DNA from: Escherichia phage vB_EcoM-Ro121c4YLVW
DNA: 64,000 bases
Reading direction: 5' to 3' (one strand)
Sequence record: NC_052654.1
A program made the translations under genes and the position numbers. The stretch's first letter is position 1. Every line of letters starts with the position of its first letter. The notes beneath the pieces are model-generated. The model had not been told where the DNA came from. It searched no databases and worked only from the letters and a program-made list of their open reading frames with translations. Positions 9,804-18,619 of the stretch are shown piece after piece.

Positions 9804-10543
9804 TCATACACAGAGAAATTACTGTTAAAAGCGATCAAGATCTTTTTATAATTGGAGATCTACACGGTTGTTATAATTTGTATGAAAAAGGAAAGGCAAA
9901 GTTAGGTATCCGAGATACAGATGTGGTTGTATCTCTAGGAGATCTTACTGACCGTGGAAAGCAAAACTTTCGTTGTGTTTTAGAATTTACTCGTAAACAC
10001 AATCGCTACGCTATTCGTGGCAATCATGAAGACATGATGATTAAAGGTATGCTGGAAGGAGATCGTAGCTACTACGAGTGTTGGTATCAAAATGGAGGAT
10101 ATACGGTCTTTGAAGAATGTGGTGAAGAAGGAGCTACAGCCTTAGCAATGATGACAGAAGATTTACCTGTTGTTCTCATTGTTAACTACAGAGGCATGAA
10201 ACTTGCGTTTATTCATGGTGGGTATCCATCTTCTTTGGAATATCTCCCTGTAACAGATATTCCAGAATACATTTCGAAGATGACAAAAACACAGGAAAAC
10301 CGTTTTGCTGAAGCACTTATGTGGGACAGAGATATGGTAGACTGTGCTAAAGAGGGAATGAAACTTCCTGTTGTGATGGGTGTGGATTATGTGTTTCATG
10401 GACACTCTTATGTAAAAACACCTATTATCAATGCGAATCGTGTTTATATGGATACTGGATCTGTGTTCAATAATAACTTAACATTTGCTTATTTCGATAT
10501 GGACGGTGGTCTTCAATTTTATTCAACTCTTGAGGAGGATTAA
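9800..10543 (+). CDS. Ser/Thr protein phosphatase (calcineurin-like metallophosphoesterase)
   Basis: GDLHG, GDLTDRG and GNHE metallophosphatase motifs in canonical order. Confidence 0.75.
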   Translation: MIIHREITVKSDQDLFIIGDLHGCYNLYEKGKAKLGIRDTDVVVSLGDLTDRGKQNFRCVLEFTRKHNRYAIRGNHEDMMIKGMLEGDRSYYECWYQNGGYTVFEECGEEGATALAMMTEDLPVVLIVNYRGMKLAFIHGGYPSSLEYLPVTDIPEYISKMTKTQENRFAEALMWDRDMVDCAKEGMKLPVVMGVDYVFHGHSYVKTPIINANRVYMDTGSVFNNNLTFAYFDMDGGLQFYSTLEED

Positions 10544-10851
10544 TGTATAAGATTACAATTATTCAAAGTGTAGGTAATATCCGTAAAGAAGTTATCTTAG
10601 AAACAGAAGATGTTAATCTTGTTCGTGAGATTGTTCTTAAGGAAGATAACCTGCAAGCTGTAGAATCAGATGCACCGAATCTTATGGTGGATCAAGAATA
10701 TTCTGAACTTCGTCGTATTTTTGAAGAGATTCAGAAGAAAGAAACACAACCTACCATAAAACCTTTTGGCCCTTATGATCCGAGCAATCCTAGCAGTCCT
10801 TGGATCATGAGAAATACGGAACCCTATACACCTTTTGAAATTACTTGTTGA
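10543..10851 (+). CDS. hypothetical protein
   Basis: ORF track 102 aa. Confidence 0.4.
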   Translation: MYKITIIQSVGNIRKEVILETEDVNLVREIVLKEDNLQAVESDAPNLMVDQEYSELRRIFEEIQKKETQPTIKPFGPYDPSNPSSPWIMRNTEPYTPFEITC

Positions 10852-10858
10852 GGTGATT

Positions 10859-11440
10859 ATGGCAGAACTGTTCTATACGGGAGTTGGAAGTAGAGACATA
10901 TCCGAAGAAGAGTGGGCTTTGATGGTAGGCATAGGGAAATGGCTTTCAAACCTTGGGTTTAAATTAAGGTCTGGGAAGGCAGAGGGTAGTGATTCTGCTT
11001 TTGAAACAGGTGTCCAAGAGTCTGAAAATCCTACTAACAAGGAGATTTATGTTCCTTGGGAAAATTTCAAAGGTAATCAGATTCCAGGGGATGTTATTGT
11101 TCTTGCAAAACCAGATACAATGAACTATGCTATCTCTGTGCAATGGATCAAAGATGTTCACCCAGCCTATGAAAAGCTTAAGCAGGGTGCTAGAAAATTG
11201 CACCAACGTAATGTGCATCAAGTGTTAGGTAGAGATTTGGAGAATCCTGCTCCATCATGTTTCTTGTTGGCTTGTGCTAATACTGATAAACATGGAGATG
11301 CAAAAGGTGGAACAGCTACGGCTTGGAAGATAGCTAAAGCCAATAATGTTCCTTGTTTAAACATTCGTGGGAAAACAAAACAAGAGATTTACGATTTTCT
11401 ACGACCTTTGGTAATGAGGGCAATAACAAGTGATTCCTAA
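10859..11440 (+). CDS. DprA/Smf-like Rossmann-fold (SLOG superfamily) protein
   Basis: GVGSR...SGKAEGSDSAFETG...QRNVHQVLG...GGTATAW pattern resembles the DprA core (GSR, SGxAxGxD, RNR); start at ATG after GAGGTGA. Confidence 0.45.
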   Translation: MAELFYTGVGSRDISEEEWALMVGIGKWLSNLGFKLRSGKAEGSDSAFETGVQESENPTNKEIYVPWENFKGNQIPGDVIVLAKPDTMNYAISVQWIKDVHPAYEKLKQGARKLHQRNVHQVLGRDLENPAPSCFLLACANTDKHGDAKGGTATAWKIAKANNVPCLNIRGKTKQEIYDFLRPLVMRAITSDS

Positions 11441-11942
11441 ACGTAAACGTGGTGAACAAAGAACAAACTTGGCAGAAATCTTAGATTACAACATGGTTAA
11501 TGATGTGACAAAAGAAATTCTGCCTGTTGTAGAAGATATTCTTCAAAGAGGGTTACGATTCTGCTCGGATCGGGTGCATTTCATGTGGACACATAAAAGT
11601 GACTCCGCTTTGAATTTCTATCCTTTGGATTATACTCTGAACAATACAGAGATGAAAGATATCAACAAATACTTAATGGGATATAAAGATATAACCGAAA
11701 CCGTTCTTGGAGAATTGGCAGAAATCTTGGCTAACGATATCCTTAGAAATATTAATAAGGCTCTTGACAGAAGCCCAGCAGGAGTAGTAGTATCTTTTGC
11801 TGTGCCAGATATGGTTAAATATGAGTCTACAATACCTAATAAAGCTTATGCCTTTCTTCGGAGAGACGTTCGTGGAAATGTGTTGGAGATGGAGTCAAAC
11901 TACAAGATTGAGGAGGTTTTATGGCAGAGTTCGGATCAGTAA
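11430..11942 (+). CDS. hypothetical protein
   Basis: ORF track 170 aa. Confidence 0.4.
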   Translation: MIPKRKRGEQRTNLAEILDYNMVNDVTKEILPVVEDILQRGLRFCSDRVHFMWTHKSDSALNFYPLDYTLNNTEMKDINKYLMGYKDITETVLGELAEILANDILRNINKALDRSPAGVVVSFAVPDMVKYESTIPNKAYAFLRRDVRGNVLEMESNYKIEEVLWQSSDQ

Positions 11943-12211
11943 CAAGTTTTGAAAGTAACTTCGTTACCGCTTGGGAAGCTTGGGATGAAATGGGTGTTGG
12001 GGAACTTTATTTTTACAATGTAACACTACGTCCAGAGTATGCTTACCTGGTACCAGAAGGAACAGTTCAAATTGGCATGTATCTGTCTTCTCAAGACGGT
12101 GTTGTTCAATTTGAGTTTTATTCAAACACAACGGACAACGAATTTACATATCGTGCATTTCATGTCAACATGTCTTTAGGAGAGGAGAAATTTTATGACG
12201 ACCAAGTTTAA
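11921..12211 (+). CDS. hypothetical protein
   Basis: ORF track 96 aa; RBS GAGGAGG. Confidence 0.4.
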   Translation: MAEFGSVTSFESNFVTAWEAWDEMGVGELYFYNVTLRPEYAYLVPEGTVQIGMYLSSQDGVVQFEFYSNTTDNEFTYRAFHVNMSLGEEKFYDDQV

Positions 12212-12392
12212 AACAGTAGAAGAAGCCGTAAAAGCAGCTTATGAGGCTTTAGCGGAAGCAGAGCAGTTAGCAGATGAGACTGGTAAAGGTTTCCGTTTCT
12301 CCCCTGAATATGGGATGGGTGGCTATTATGATCCAGAAGATGAAAATGAGAATACTGGAACAAATTGGCATCCATCTTCTTTAAGTTGTTAA
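12195..12392 (+). CDS. small acidic protein, C-terminal W-x-SSxSC motif (family member 1)
   Basis: 65 aa ending NWHPSSLSC. Confidence 0.45.
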   Translation: MTTKFKTVEEAVKAAYEALAEAEQLADETGKGFRFSPEYGMGGYYDPEDENENTGTNWHPSSLSC

Positions 12393-12403
12393 TAGGAGGT
12401 AGA

Positions 12404-12679
12404 GTGGGAATCGAAGATATCAAAGGTTATAAGGCGCATACTGACGATAAGATTGGCAAGGTTAACGCTATTAAAGATGCAGAAGAGCGTTTAGGTTTAA
12501 TCTTCAAAGCTTTAGAGGAAGAGTATTGTGAAGCATATCATGGGTCTTTTGACGGCACAGAAAAAGAATTAGGTCTTGCATACGAACGTATTGATCAAAT
12601 CCGTTGTGCTATTAGACATTTAAAAGAAGCTAGTATGTGGGCTTGTCGTTCAGTTTTCCAACCAGAGGAGAAATACTAA
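12404..12679 (+). CDS. hypothetical protein
   Basis: GTG after TAGGAGGTAGA; 91 aa. Confidence 0.4.
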   Translation: MGIEDIKGYKAHTDDKIGKVNAIKDAEERLGLIFKALEEEYCEAYHGSFDGTEKELGLAYERIDQIRCAIRHLKEASMWACRSVFQPEEKY

Positions 12680-12897
12680 TGAGTGATCGTAATGTTGAAG
12701 AATTAACTGAAAAAGCCCAAGCTATTATGGCTTTAGTGGACGAACTTACAAAAGAAGCTGAAGATGCTGGTTTTGGTCTTAGTTTAGAAAATGACGCAAT
12801 CTGTTTTGAAGATTGGCAATCCTCTTCTTGTTATGGTGAAGGTGATGATGGTTTCGTCGTTAATTCTCAAGGTGTTTGGCACAGTAGTAGCTGTTAA
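12679..12897 (+). CDS. small acidic protein, C-terminal W-x-SSSC motif (family member 2)
   Basis: 72 aa; internal DWQSSSC and terminal VWHSSSC. Confidence 0.45.
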   Translation: MSDRNVEELTEKAQAIMALVDELTKEAEDAGFGLSLENDAICFEDWQSSSCYGEGDDGFVVNSQGVWHSSSC

Positions 12898-12906
12898 GGA
12901 GAGATT

Positions 12907-13179
12907 GTGGAGTCTGAAGGCGAACTGCTGATAAAAAAGAAAGTTAAAGAGATGGAACAAGCACAAAGAAAGTTTCGTAAGGAGATTGAAGAACTTTGTG
13001 AACAGTTTCAGGAACAAGCTTGGATAGGTGACTACGGTAACGGAGAAACTTATTACCCTACAGGAACGCCAGCCGCAGATCACTATATTGATTTCATTTG
13101 TGAAGATTATGGTGTAGAGTTGGATGAAAATGGTTTAACCACAAGAGGTGTTTGGATCTCTTCTTCCTCAATGTGTTAG
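12907..13179 (+). CDS. small acidic protein, C-terminal W-x-SSSSMC motif (family member 3)
   Basis: GTG start after TAAGGAGAG; 90 aa ending GVWISSSSMC. Confidence 0.45.
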   Translation: MESEGELLIKKKVKEMEQAQRKFRKEIEELCEQFQEQAWIGDYGNGETYYPTGTPAADHYIDFICEDYGVELDENGLTTRGVWISSSSMC

Positions 13180-13186
13180 TAAATAA

Positions 13187-13211
13187 TAACCCGCTTCGGC
13201 GGGTTTTTTAT
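13187..13211 (+). terminator. Rho-independent terminator
   Basis: aacccgcttcggcgggtt hairpin plus ttttatt. Confidence 0.7.
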
Positions 13212-13269
13212 TGACAGGAATCTGGAAGCTTGATAAACTTAACCTATCAACCAATAGAGGAGAAATATT

Positions 13270-14211
13270 ATGGTGTTAATTGGTAGCCGTGCATTGCAAA
13301 TTCATGCTATGGACATGGGAAAAGACTTGTATCGCCCTTGTGTAGATTTAGATTACCTGTGTACAGAACAAGAGTGGGAAGAATTATCAAAAATGTTCTC
13401 TCAAGAGGAGTTTGTTGAACTTGTAGAACGTAAAGGAAACAAAGGCCATGTCAAAATGATAGCTGGTGCACATTTGGAATACGATATTGCTTCTCAAGGA
13501 GATAGCACAGAAGCTTTGATTAGTTATTGTGAAGATTCTGATGATGTTCGTCGAACTTACGCTGGACATGTTGTTGCTCCTTTAGATGTGCTCTACCTTC
13601 TTAAAATGAGTCATCGTTTTAAAAAGGATAGTCCTCACTTCTTTAAAACTATGAAAGATATTCATTTCATGCGGTCACTGGGCGCAAAGATCCCAGAAAA
13701 TCTTAAGAGTATTTATGAGTTGCGTGAGAAAGAAACATACACTTACTCTCATCCGAACTTAAACGTAAAAAGTAAAGACTTTTTTAAAGGTGATGAGGTT
13801 CCGTATGTTTATGATCATGATTCTATCCATGAAGCAATCGCGGTAATGGATGCTCCGGCATATAAATCTTATATGAAAGATGGAAGTGAAGTTATGACCA
13901 GCAAAGAAAAGTTTTTTGCTCAACCAAAACATGTGCGCCTGTTAGGTGTTTATGAAGAAGCGTGTGTTTTGGCTTTGGAACGTTCACAAATTCCTTTCGG
14001 TGGAGAGATCGGAGGTCCAACCCCTAAGCAAAGTTTTATAATGGCTTTATCTAAAGTCTGCACATCCATCACTAGTGGTTGGTTTAGGGAATATGCTTGG
14101 GAAAACTTTTATGTTGTTATTAAGCTATATGAAAACATGGGCGAAAACGACTATGTTGAACGTTTTAAAGCTAATCAACATGTAGTAAAGCCTTTTGAAG
14201 GAGGTTATTAA
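13270..14211 (+). CDS. hypothetical protein, possibly Pol-beta-type nucleotidyltransferase fold
   Basis: N-terminal GSRAL...DLD resembles the GS...DxD NTase signature (weak); 313 aa. Confidence 0.45.
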   Translation: MVLIGSRALQIHAMDMGKDLYRPCVDLDYLCTEQEWEELSKMFSQEEFVELVERKGNKGHVKMIAGAHLEYDIASQGDSTEALISYCEDSDDVRRTYAGHVVAPLDVLYLLKMSHRFKKDSPHFFKTMKDIHFMRSLGAKIPENLKSIYELREKETYTYSHPNLNVKSKDFFKGDEVPYVYDHDSIHEAIAVMDAPAYKSYMKDGSEVMTSKEKFFAQPKHVRLLGVYEEACVLALERSQIPFGGEIGGPTPKQSFIMALSKVCTSITSGWFREYAWENFYVVIKLYENMGENDYVERFKANQHVVKPFEGGY

Positions 14212-14212
14212 T

Positions 14213-14608
14213 ATGTGTGGATATCTTTCAGAAAGTTATTTCAAAGTGACGCACGAGGATTTAGAAAAAGCACGATTGAAACTGACAGCTATTATTGAAT
14301 ACTCTAATACTGTTGATCACAGATTAAAGACTACTAAAGTATCTGTTCCTTGTTGGTTAGGTTTACGGCATAAAATAATGTCTCAACATGACCATGTTGT
14401 TCGAGAGATGCATGGTTGGTGTTGGTTTCACGATGTGGCTCTGCATTTTGGTTATATTACAGAAGAAGAGCATAGATTCTGTGAACTAACATATCGTATT
14501 CCAACCCTTCACGATTTAGATTTGTGGAAGAAAGCAAACGAGATTTTTCTTACAGAAAGTGATTGGCGTAAAGTTATGGCTTGTCTTGAATGGAGGGGTA
14601 ATGAGTAA
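14213..14608 (+). CDS. hypothetical protein
   Basis: ATG after AAGGAGG; 131 aa. Confidence 0.45.
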   Translation: MCGYLSESYFKVTHEDLEKARLKLTAIIEYSNTVDHRLKTTKVSVPCWLGLRHKIMSQHDHVVREMHGWCWFHDVALHFGYITEEEHRFCELTYRIPTLHDLDLWKKANEIFLTESDWRKVMACLEWRGNE

Positions 14609-15284
14609 AACAGTTTTGTCTATGTTTGACGGATCTGGGATCATGGTGTTACGTTATGCCGAAGCAGGTCACAAGTGTTTTTGTGTAAACGCTGATGAAG
14701 GGGATCACGGTAAATACGAGGTTAGGATGGAGCACCCAAACATAACCTATGTGAATGCCTGGATAGATTCTACATTCAACCCTGAAGATCATGGGATACC
14801 TAAACCCGATATTATTTTTGGATTTCCACCTTGCACTATGTTAGCAGGTAGTGGTAGCAAACACGAACGCAGCACAGAGGAATTGGATGAAGCTTTAGCT
14901 AATATTCGTGTAGTGGAAGCTTTGGGTAACAAATATAATGTTCCTTGGATGATTGAGAACCCAGTAGGTAAACTTTCAACCTTATGGCGTAAACCCGATT
15001 TTTACTTTGATCCTTATGAGTATGGTGGGTATTTGTTTGAAGAGGAAGGAAGCTTTCATCCTAAAATGCCTACCCGTGATGGGTATACAAAGAAAACTTG
15101 TATTTGGCACGGCAATGGTTTTGTTCAACCAGTGAAGAAACCAGTAGATCATATAGGCTGCTTCTGGGGTTGGAAAAGCTTAGGTGGAGCTAGTGCAAAA
15201 ACAAAACAACTTAGATCACTAACCGCACGTGGTTTTGCTCGTGCAGTGTTTTTGTCTAACAATCTTCTAGATAAGGAGAAATAA
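14601..15284 (+). CDS. C5-cytosine DNA methyltransferase-like
   Basis: Motif I LSMFDGSG, motif IV FGFPPC, motif VI ENP; start after GGAGGGG. Confidence 0.6.
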   Translation: MSKTVLSMFDGSGIMVLRYAEAGHKCFCVNADEGDHGKYEVRMEHPNITYVNAWIDSTFNPEDHGIPKPDIIFGFPPCTMLAGSGSKHERSTEELDEALANIRVVEALGNKYNVPWMIENPVGKLSTLWRKPDFYFDPYEYGGYLFEEEGSFHPKMPTRDGYTKKTCIWHGNGFVQPVKKPVDHIGCFWGWKSLGGASAKTKQLRSLTARGFARAVFLSNNLLDKEK

Positions 15285-15937
15285 TGTTAAATTCAAAACC
15301 AGTGGTTGCTTATCAAGTAGATCGTAATGATGGTGAAGGAAGTGTTGTTATTTTCAGTACACACGGTCTTGAGGCTCGTCGAAAAGGTGCATATCGTTTA
15401 GAATGTGAGTTTGAAGACTGCACAAGCCACCGTGTCAAACAATTCGATCAATATGCTGATAAAGGCTTCGTCCCTATCAAAGCGTTACTGGAAGATGGTT
15501 GGTGGGTATATTCTGCTTTTGATTACTCAAAACTGGAGGAGTCAGCTTCGTGCGCCTCCGAGATCGAATATGATGATTACTATGACACTCTATACCTTCC
15601 AGAATGGCTTGTCTTTTCTCCTGATGAGAGAAGTGTCTGGAAAACGTGGGAAGAAATGGAGAGACATGCGTATAGCATCAATGAAGCTTTAGATCGTAAA
15701 ACTTGGTTTATTGAGGCAGTAAAGGCGGCATACCCCCAATTCTCATTCTGTGATTTCACTGGCGGCCCAGGATACATTACACATACAGCCTCTTTTGAGT
15801 TTCCTGGTTCACGTTATAAGGGTAATGTTTATTGGGACTGGGATGAAAATAAACAACCTTCGGCTCAAGACTTCCGTTGCTATGTTTGTCAAGGCGATCA
15901 AGAAGCCCTTGACAAATACCTACAAAATCTGGTATAG
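15284..15937 (+). CDS. hypothetical protein
   Basis: ORF track 217 aa, coupled to MTase gene. Confidence 0.45.
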   Translation: MLNSKPVVAYQVDRNDGEGSVVIFSTHGLEARRKGAYRLECEFEDCTSHRVKQFDQYADKGFVPIKALLEDGWWVYSAFDYSKLEESASCASEIEYDDYYDTLYLPEWLVFSPDERSVWKTWEEMERHAYSINEALDRKTWFIEAVKAAYPQFSFCDFTGGPGYITHTASFEFPGSRYKGNVYWDWDENKQPSAQDFRCYVCQGDQEALDKYLQNLV

Positions 15938-15954
15938 TGCCAGCATCTGAACAA

Positions 15955-15984
15955 AGCCTCCTGTTTCAGGGGGCTTTTCTTTTA
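15955..15984 (+). terminator. Rho-independent terminator
   Basis: gcctcctgtttcagggggc hairpin plus ttttctttt. Confidence 0.55.
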
Positions 15985-15995
15985 TAGGAGGGAAT

Positions 15996-16481
15996 ATGTT
16001 TCAAGTAAATGTCAATGTGCATAATAGTTACTCTGATTGTGAAACGTGTGGCTATAATTCATCTAATGTTATTCGTATTAGTGGCGATTTAGGAGAAGCT
16101 TCTTTTGGAGAAGAAGCAAGTTGCTTTAGTGGTATGGATGCAGAATGGAATGATATTGCACATTGGTTAGTGAGCAAACTAAAAGAAAAAGAGAAACCAT
16201 TTCCTACTCTGCTTGATCGTTCTCTTGTGGAAGATGCAGGTAAAGCATATGCAGACTATGCGTATGCAGACGGGAAATATTTGGAAGATGATAAGGCTAA
16301 CCATTTGCTTTATGTTTACTATGAAGCTGAATCTGCCTACGATAATTATTACAGCATGTCTAACATCCTACGTCTGTTTGCAGAGTTTGATATTTATTTC
16401 GAAGTAGAATTTTCAGAAGATGATACTTACGAGTACAATTCTTATGATCCATTTGAGGAGGAAGAATGCCAAGACGAGTGA
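15996..16481 (+). CDS. highly acidic protein (possible DNA mimic)
   Basis: 161 aa, D/E/Y-rich C-terminal half; overlaps Sir2-like start by 16 nt. Confidence 0.45.
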   Translation: MFQVNVNVHNSYSDCETCGYNSSNVIRISGDLGEASFGEEASCFSGMDAEWNDIAHWLVSKLKEKEKPFPTLLDRSLVEDAGKAYADYAYADGKYLEDDKANHLLYVYYEAESAYDNYYSMSNILRLFAEFDIYFEVEFSEDDTYEYNSYDPFEEEECQDE

Positions 16482-17281
16482 TTTTTGTAAGCGGTGCAGG
16501 TTTAAGTGCAGACAGTGGGATTCGAACATTTAGAACAGACACAGATAGTGGTCGTGCTTTATGGGAAGAATATGATTTAGAAGAGGTCTGCGATATTGGA
16601 GCTTTCCAAGCAGGTTATCGTGTTAGAACATCTCCAGATCTTCCAGTGGTCGGTGGTGTAGACGAGAACGGTATGGATTTGTATGCCAAAACACACGAAT
16701 TTTATAACAAAAGACGTGTTGAGCTTAAAGATGTACAACCTAATGCTGCACATATTCAAATAGCAAAGTGGTTTAAGGAATATCCTAACCAAATAGTAAA
16801 CTTGACAACAAACGTTGATGATCTACTAGAGCGAGCAGGTGTAGACAGAGATTCTGTTATTCACGTACACGGATATCTTCCTGAAGTAGTTTACCGTATG
16901 CATCCCGGAGATTACAAAACACTGGTAGATATTGGTTACAATAGTATAAACATAGATGATTATAACTGGGTGAAGCCTAATGTTGTATTTTTTGGTGAGG
17001 CTGCACCTTTGTATGCAGATATGGCTCACTTGTTCGATACTTTGACCATGCAAGATTTGGTTGTAGTAGTAGGATGTTCAAACCAAGTTATCAATTTTAA
17101 TTGGGAATTATTTCCTGCACTTAGTATGGGTACAAAAATGGTTGTAGTTAACCCTGGAGTTAATTACGAAGAAACACTTCTCTATGAAGATCGTGGAGTT
17201 TTTGTTTACCGAGAAAAAGCTGCAACAGCCTTCAGCAATGAAGGTTTCATTAAAATGGTCGAAGACCACTTAAACAAATAA
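16466..17281 (+). CDS. Sir2-like (sirtuin-family) NAD-dependent protein
   Basis: GAGLSADSGIRTFR NAD-binding motif, HVHG and VVVGCS motifs. Confidence 0.65.
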   Translation: MPRRVIFVSGAGLSADSGIRTFRTDTDSGRALWEEYDLEEVCDIGAFQAGYRVRTSPDLPVVGGVDENGMDLYAKTHEFYNKRRVELKDVQPNAAHIQIAKWFKEYPNQIVNLTTNVDDLLERAGVDRDSVIHVHGYLPEVVYRMHPGDYKTLVDIGYNSINIDDYNWVKPNVVFFGEAAPLYADMAHLFDTLTMQDLVVVVGCSNQVINFNWELFPALSMGTKMVVVNPGVNYEETLLYEDRGVFVYREKAATAFSNEGFIKMVEDHLNK

Positions 17282-17288
17282 ACCACTC

Positions 17289-17312
17289 AAGGGGCTTCGG
17301 CCCCTTTCTTAT
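17289..17312 (+). terminator. Rho-independent terminator
   Basis: aaggggcttcggcccctt plus tcttatt. Confidence 0.6.
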
Positions 17313-17324
17313 TAGGAGAATAAA

Positions 17325-17597
17325 ATGACTGAAGAAATCCGTGATTACTACCTTGCACATTACGTTTACTACTTTGCCAATGCTACACAAAAAGGGGAAG
17401 GTAATCTTTACTTGGCAACAGGACATGGAACAGGCGTTAGGAAATCAAATATTGATAATGCCTTGGCTCAAGTGGCTGCGGGGCTAGAAGATAAACTTCA
17501 AACACCTGTAGTTGTAGTGATGCAAAATATAAATTACCTAGCAAGTTGTACTGAAACCGAATTTAACGCGTCTGAGACGCAATCTAACGAAGAATAA
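17325..17597 (+). CDS. hypothetical protein
   Basis: ORF track 90 aa; RBS AGGAGAA. Confidence 0.45.
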   Translation: MTEEIRDYYLAHYVYYFANATQKGEGNLYLATGHGTGVRKSNIDNALAQVAAGLEDKLQTPVVVVMQNINYLASCTETEFNASETQSNEE

Positions 17598-17598
17598 A

Positions 17599-17630
17599 AC
17601 AAAGGCACCCAAGTGGGTGCCTTTTCTATT
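17599..17630. terminator. bidirectional terminator at convergence of + and - blocks
   Basis: aaaggcacccaagtgggtgcctttt hairpin with A/T runs on both sides. Confidence 0.6.
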
Positions 17631-17666
17631 TTAGAGCGTCTCTGTTCGATTTAGGTGGGTTCTAGC

Positions 17667-17897
17667 TTACTTGTGTAGTGCTCTCTCGTATAACTCAATG
17701 ATCAATTCATCCTCTACTGTAATACGCGCCATTTGATCCGTCTTAAGTATTGTTGGTTGGTAGTGGTGCATTTCACTATTGATACTACAATCCCATTCGT
17801 CATAACCTAAATACTCTCCTACATGGACCTTAACCATAAAGGGAAACGGGTTATCTACCAAAAATGCCATACAACCTTCTTCGATTTTATTTAACAC
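17667..17897 (-). CDS. hypothetical protein
   Basis: ORF track 76 aa. Confidence 0.4.
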   Translation of the reverse strand: MLNKIEEGCMAFLVDNPFPFMVKVHVGEYLGYDEWDCSINSEMHHYQPTILKTDQMARITVEDELIIELYERALHK

Positions 17898-17923
17898 ACG
17901 ACCTCCTATTGCTACAGATATGA

Positions 17924-17945
17924 AAAAACCCGCCGAAGCGGGTTC
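17924..17945 (-). terminator. Rho-independent terminator (minus strand)
   Basis: cccgccgaagcggg hairpin; T-run on minus strand. Confidence 0.5.
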
Positions 17946-17988
17946 TATTGCTACGATAGGATCACTATCCTATAGTATTGTTTCTGTG

Positions 17989-18270
17989 TCAAGCCTTAGC
18001 GTAGAAAAACTTCTCATATTCAGATTTTGTTACGATTGTGGGGCAATCTTTTGTTCCATCCTCGATAACAGGGGCTTCTACCATTCTGGTGTTGAATAAG
18101 CAATAAGTTCCACGCATGTAAATACCCAGTTTTGTTTCTACGATGTGCTCTTTACTTACGCTTGAAAACTTAATCTCACCATCGGAGTCTCTTATAGCAA
18201 TAAGCGCATGTTCGGGCCAATCTTTTCCTTTTGCTCCTAAAGCATTATACAATTCTTGAACGAGTTCCAT
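17989..18270 (-). CDS. hypothetical protein
   Basis: ORF track 93 aa; RBS AAGGAGG. Confidence 0.45.
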   Translation of the reverse strand: MELVQELYNALGAKGKDWPEHALIAIRDSDGEIKFSSVSKEHIVETKLGIYMRGTYCLFNTRMVEAPVIEDGTKDCPTIVTKSEYEKFFYAKA

Positions 18271-18282
18271 ATGACCTCCTTA

Positions 18283-18456
18283 TTAAATAACAAATTTTTC
18301 TTCTTCTGGCTTATCGTAATCTGGAGAATAAACATGTGCGGGATTAAAACCTTTAAAATTTCCGCGACCTTTACGTGGACAGTTGAATGTGCGAGCTTGA
18401 TGATCCCCAAAAGATTTCCCACAATGCATACATTTAAAATCAGTGCGTTTAGTCAT
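18283..18456 (-). CDS. small Cys/His-rich (zinc-binding-like) protein
   Basis: Start moved to ATG after AAAGGAGA; CMHCGK...HQARTFNCPRKG. Confidence 0.4.
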   Translation of the reverse strand: MTKRTDFKCMHCGKSFGDHQARTFNCPRKGRGNFKGFNPAHVYSPDYDKPEEEKFVI

Positions 18457-18508
18457 GCCATATCTCCTTTTAAAAGGCTGCACCTATTGAAGATGCAGCT
18501 TTGATAGA

Positions 18509-18610
18509 TTATTTAGATGAGTCTAAAATGTCTTTTACTTTTGCCGTGATAACGTCTTGATATTTGTTAATAAGATAGCCTACAACTACACCTACGATAA
18601 ATGAAACCAT
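18509..18610 (-). CDS. 33-aa hydrophobic membrane peptide
   Basis: GGAGAAATA RBS then ATG; single TM-like segment; below ORF-track cutoff. Confidence 0.35.
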   Translation of the reverse strand: MVSFIVGVVVGYLINKYQDVITAKVKDILDSSK

Positions 18611-18619
18611 TATTTCTCC

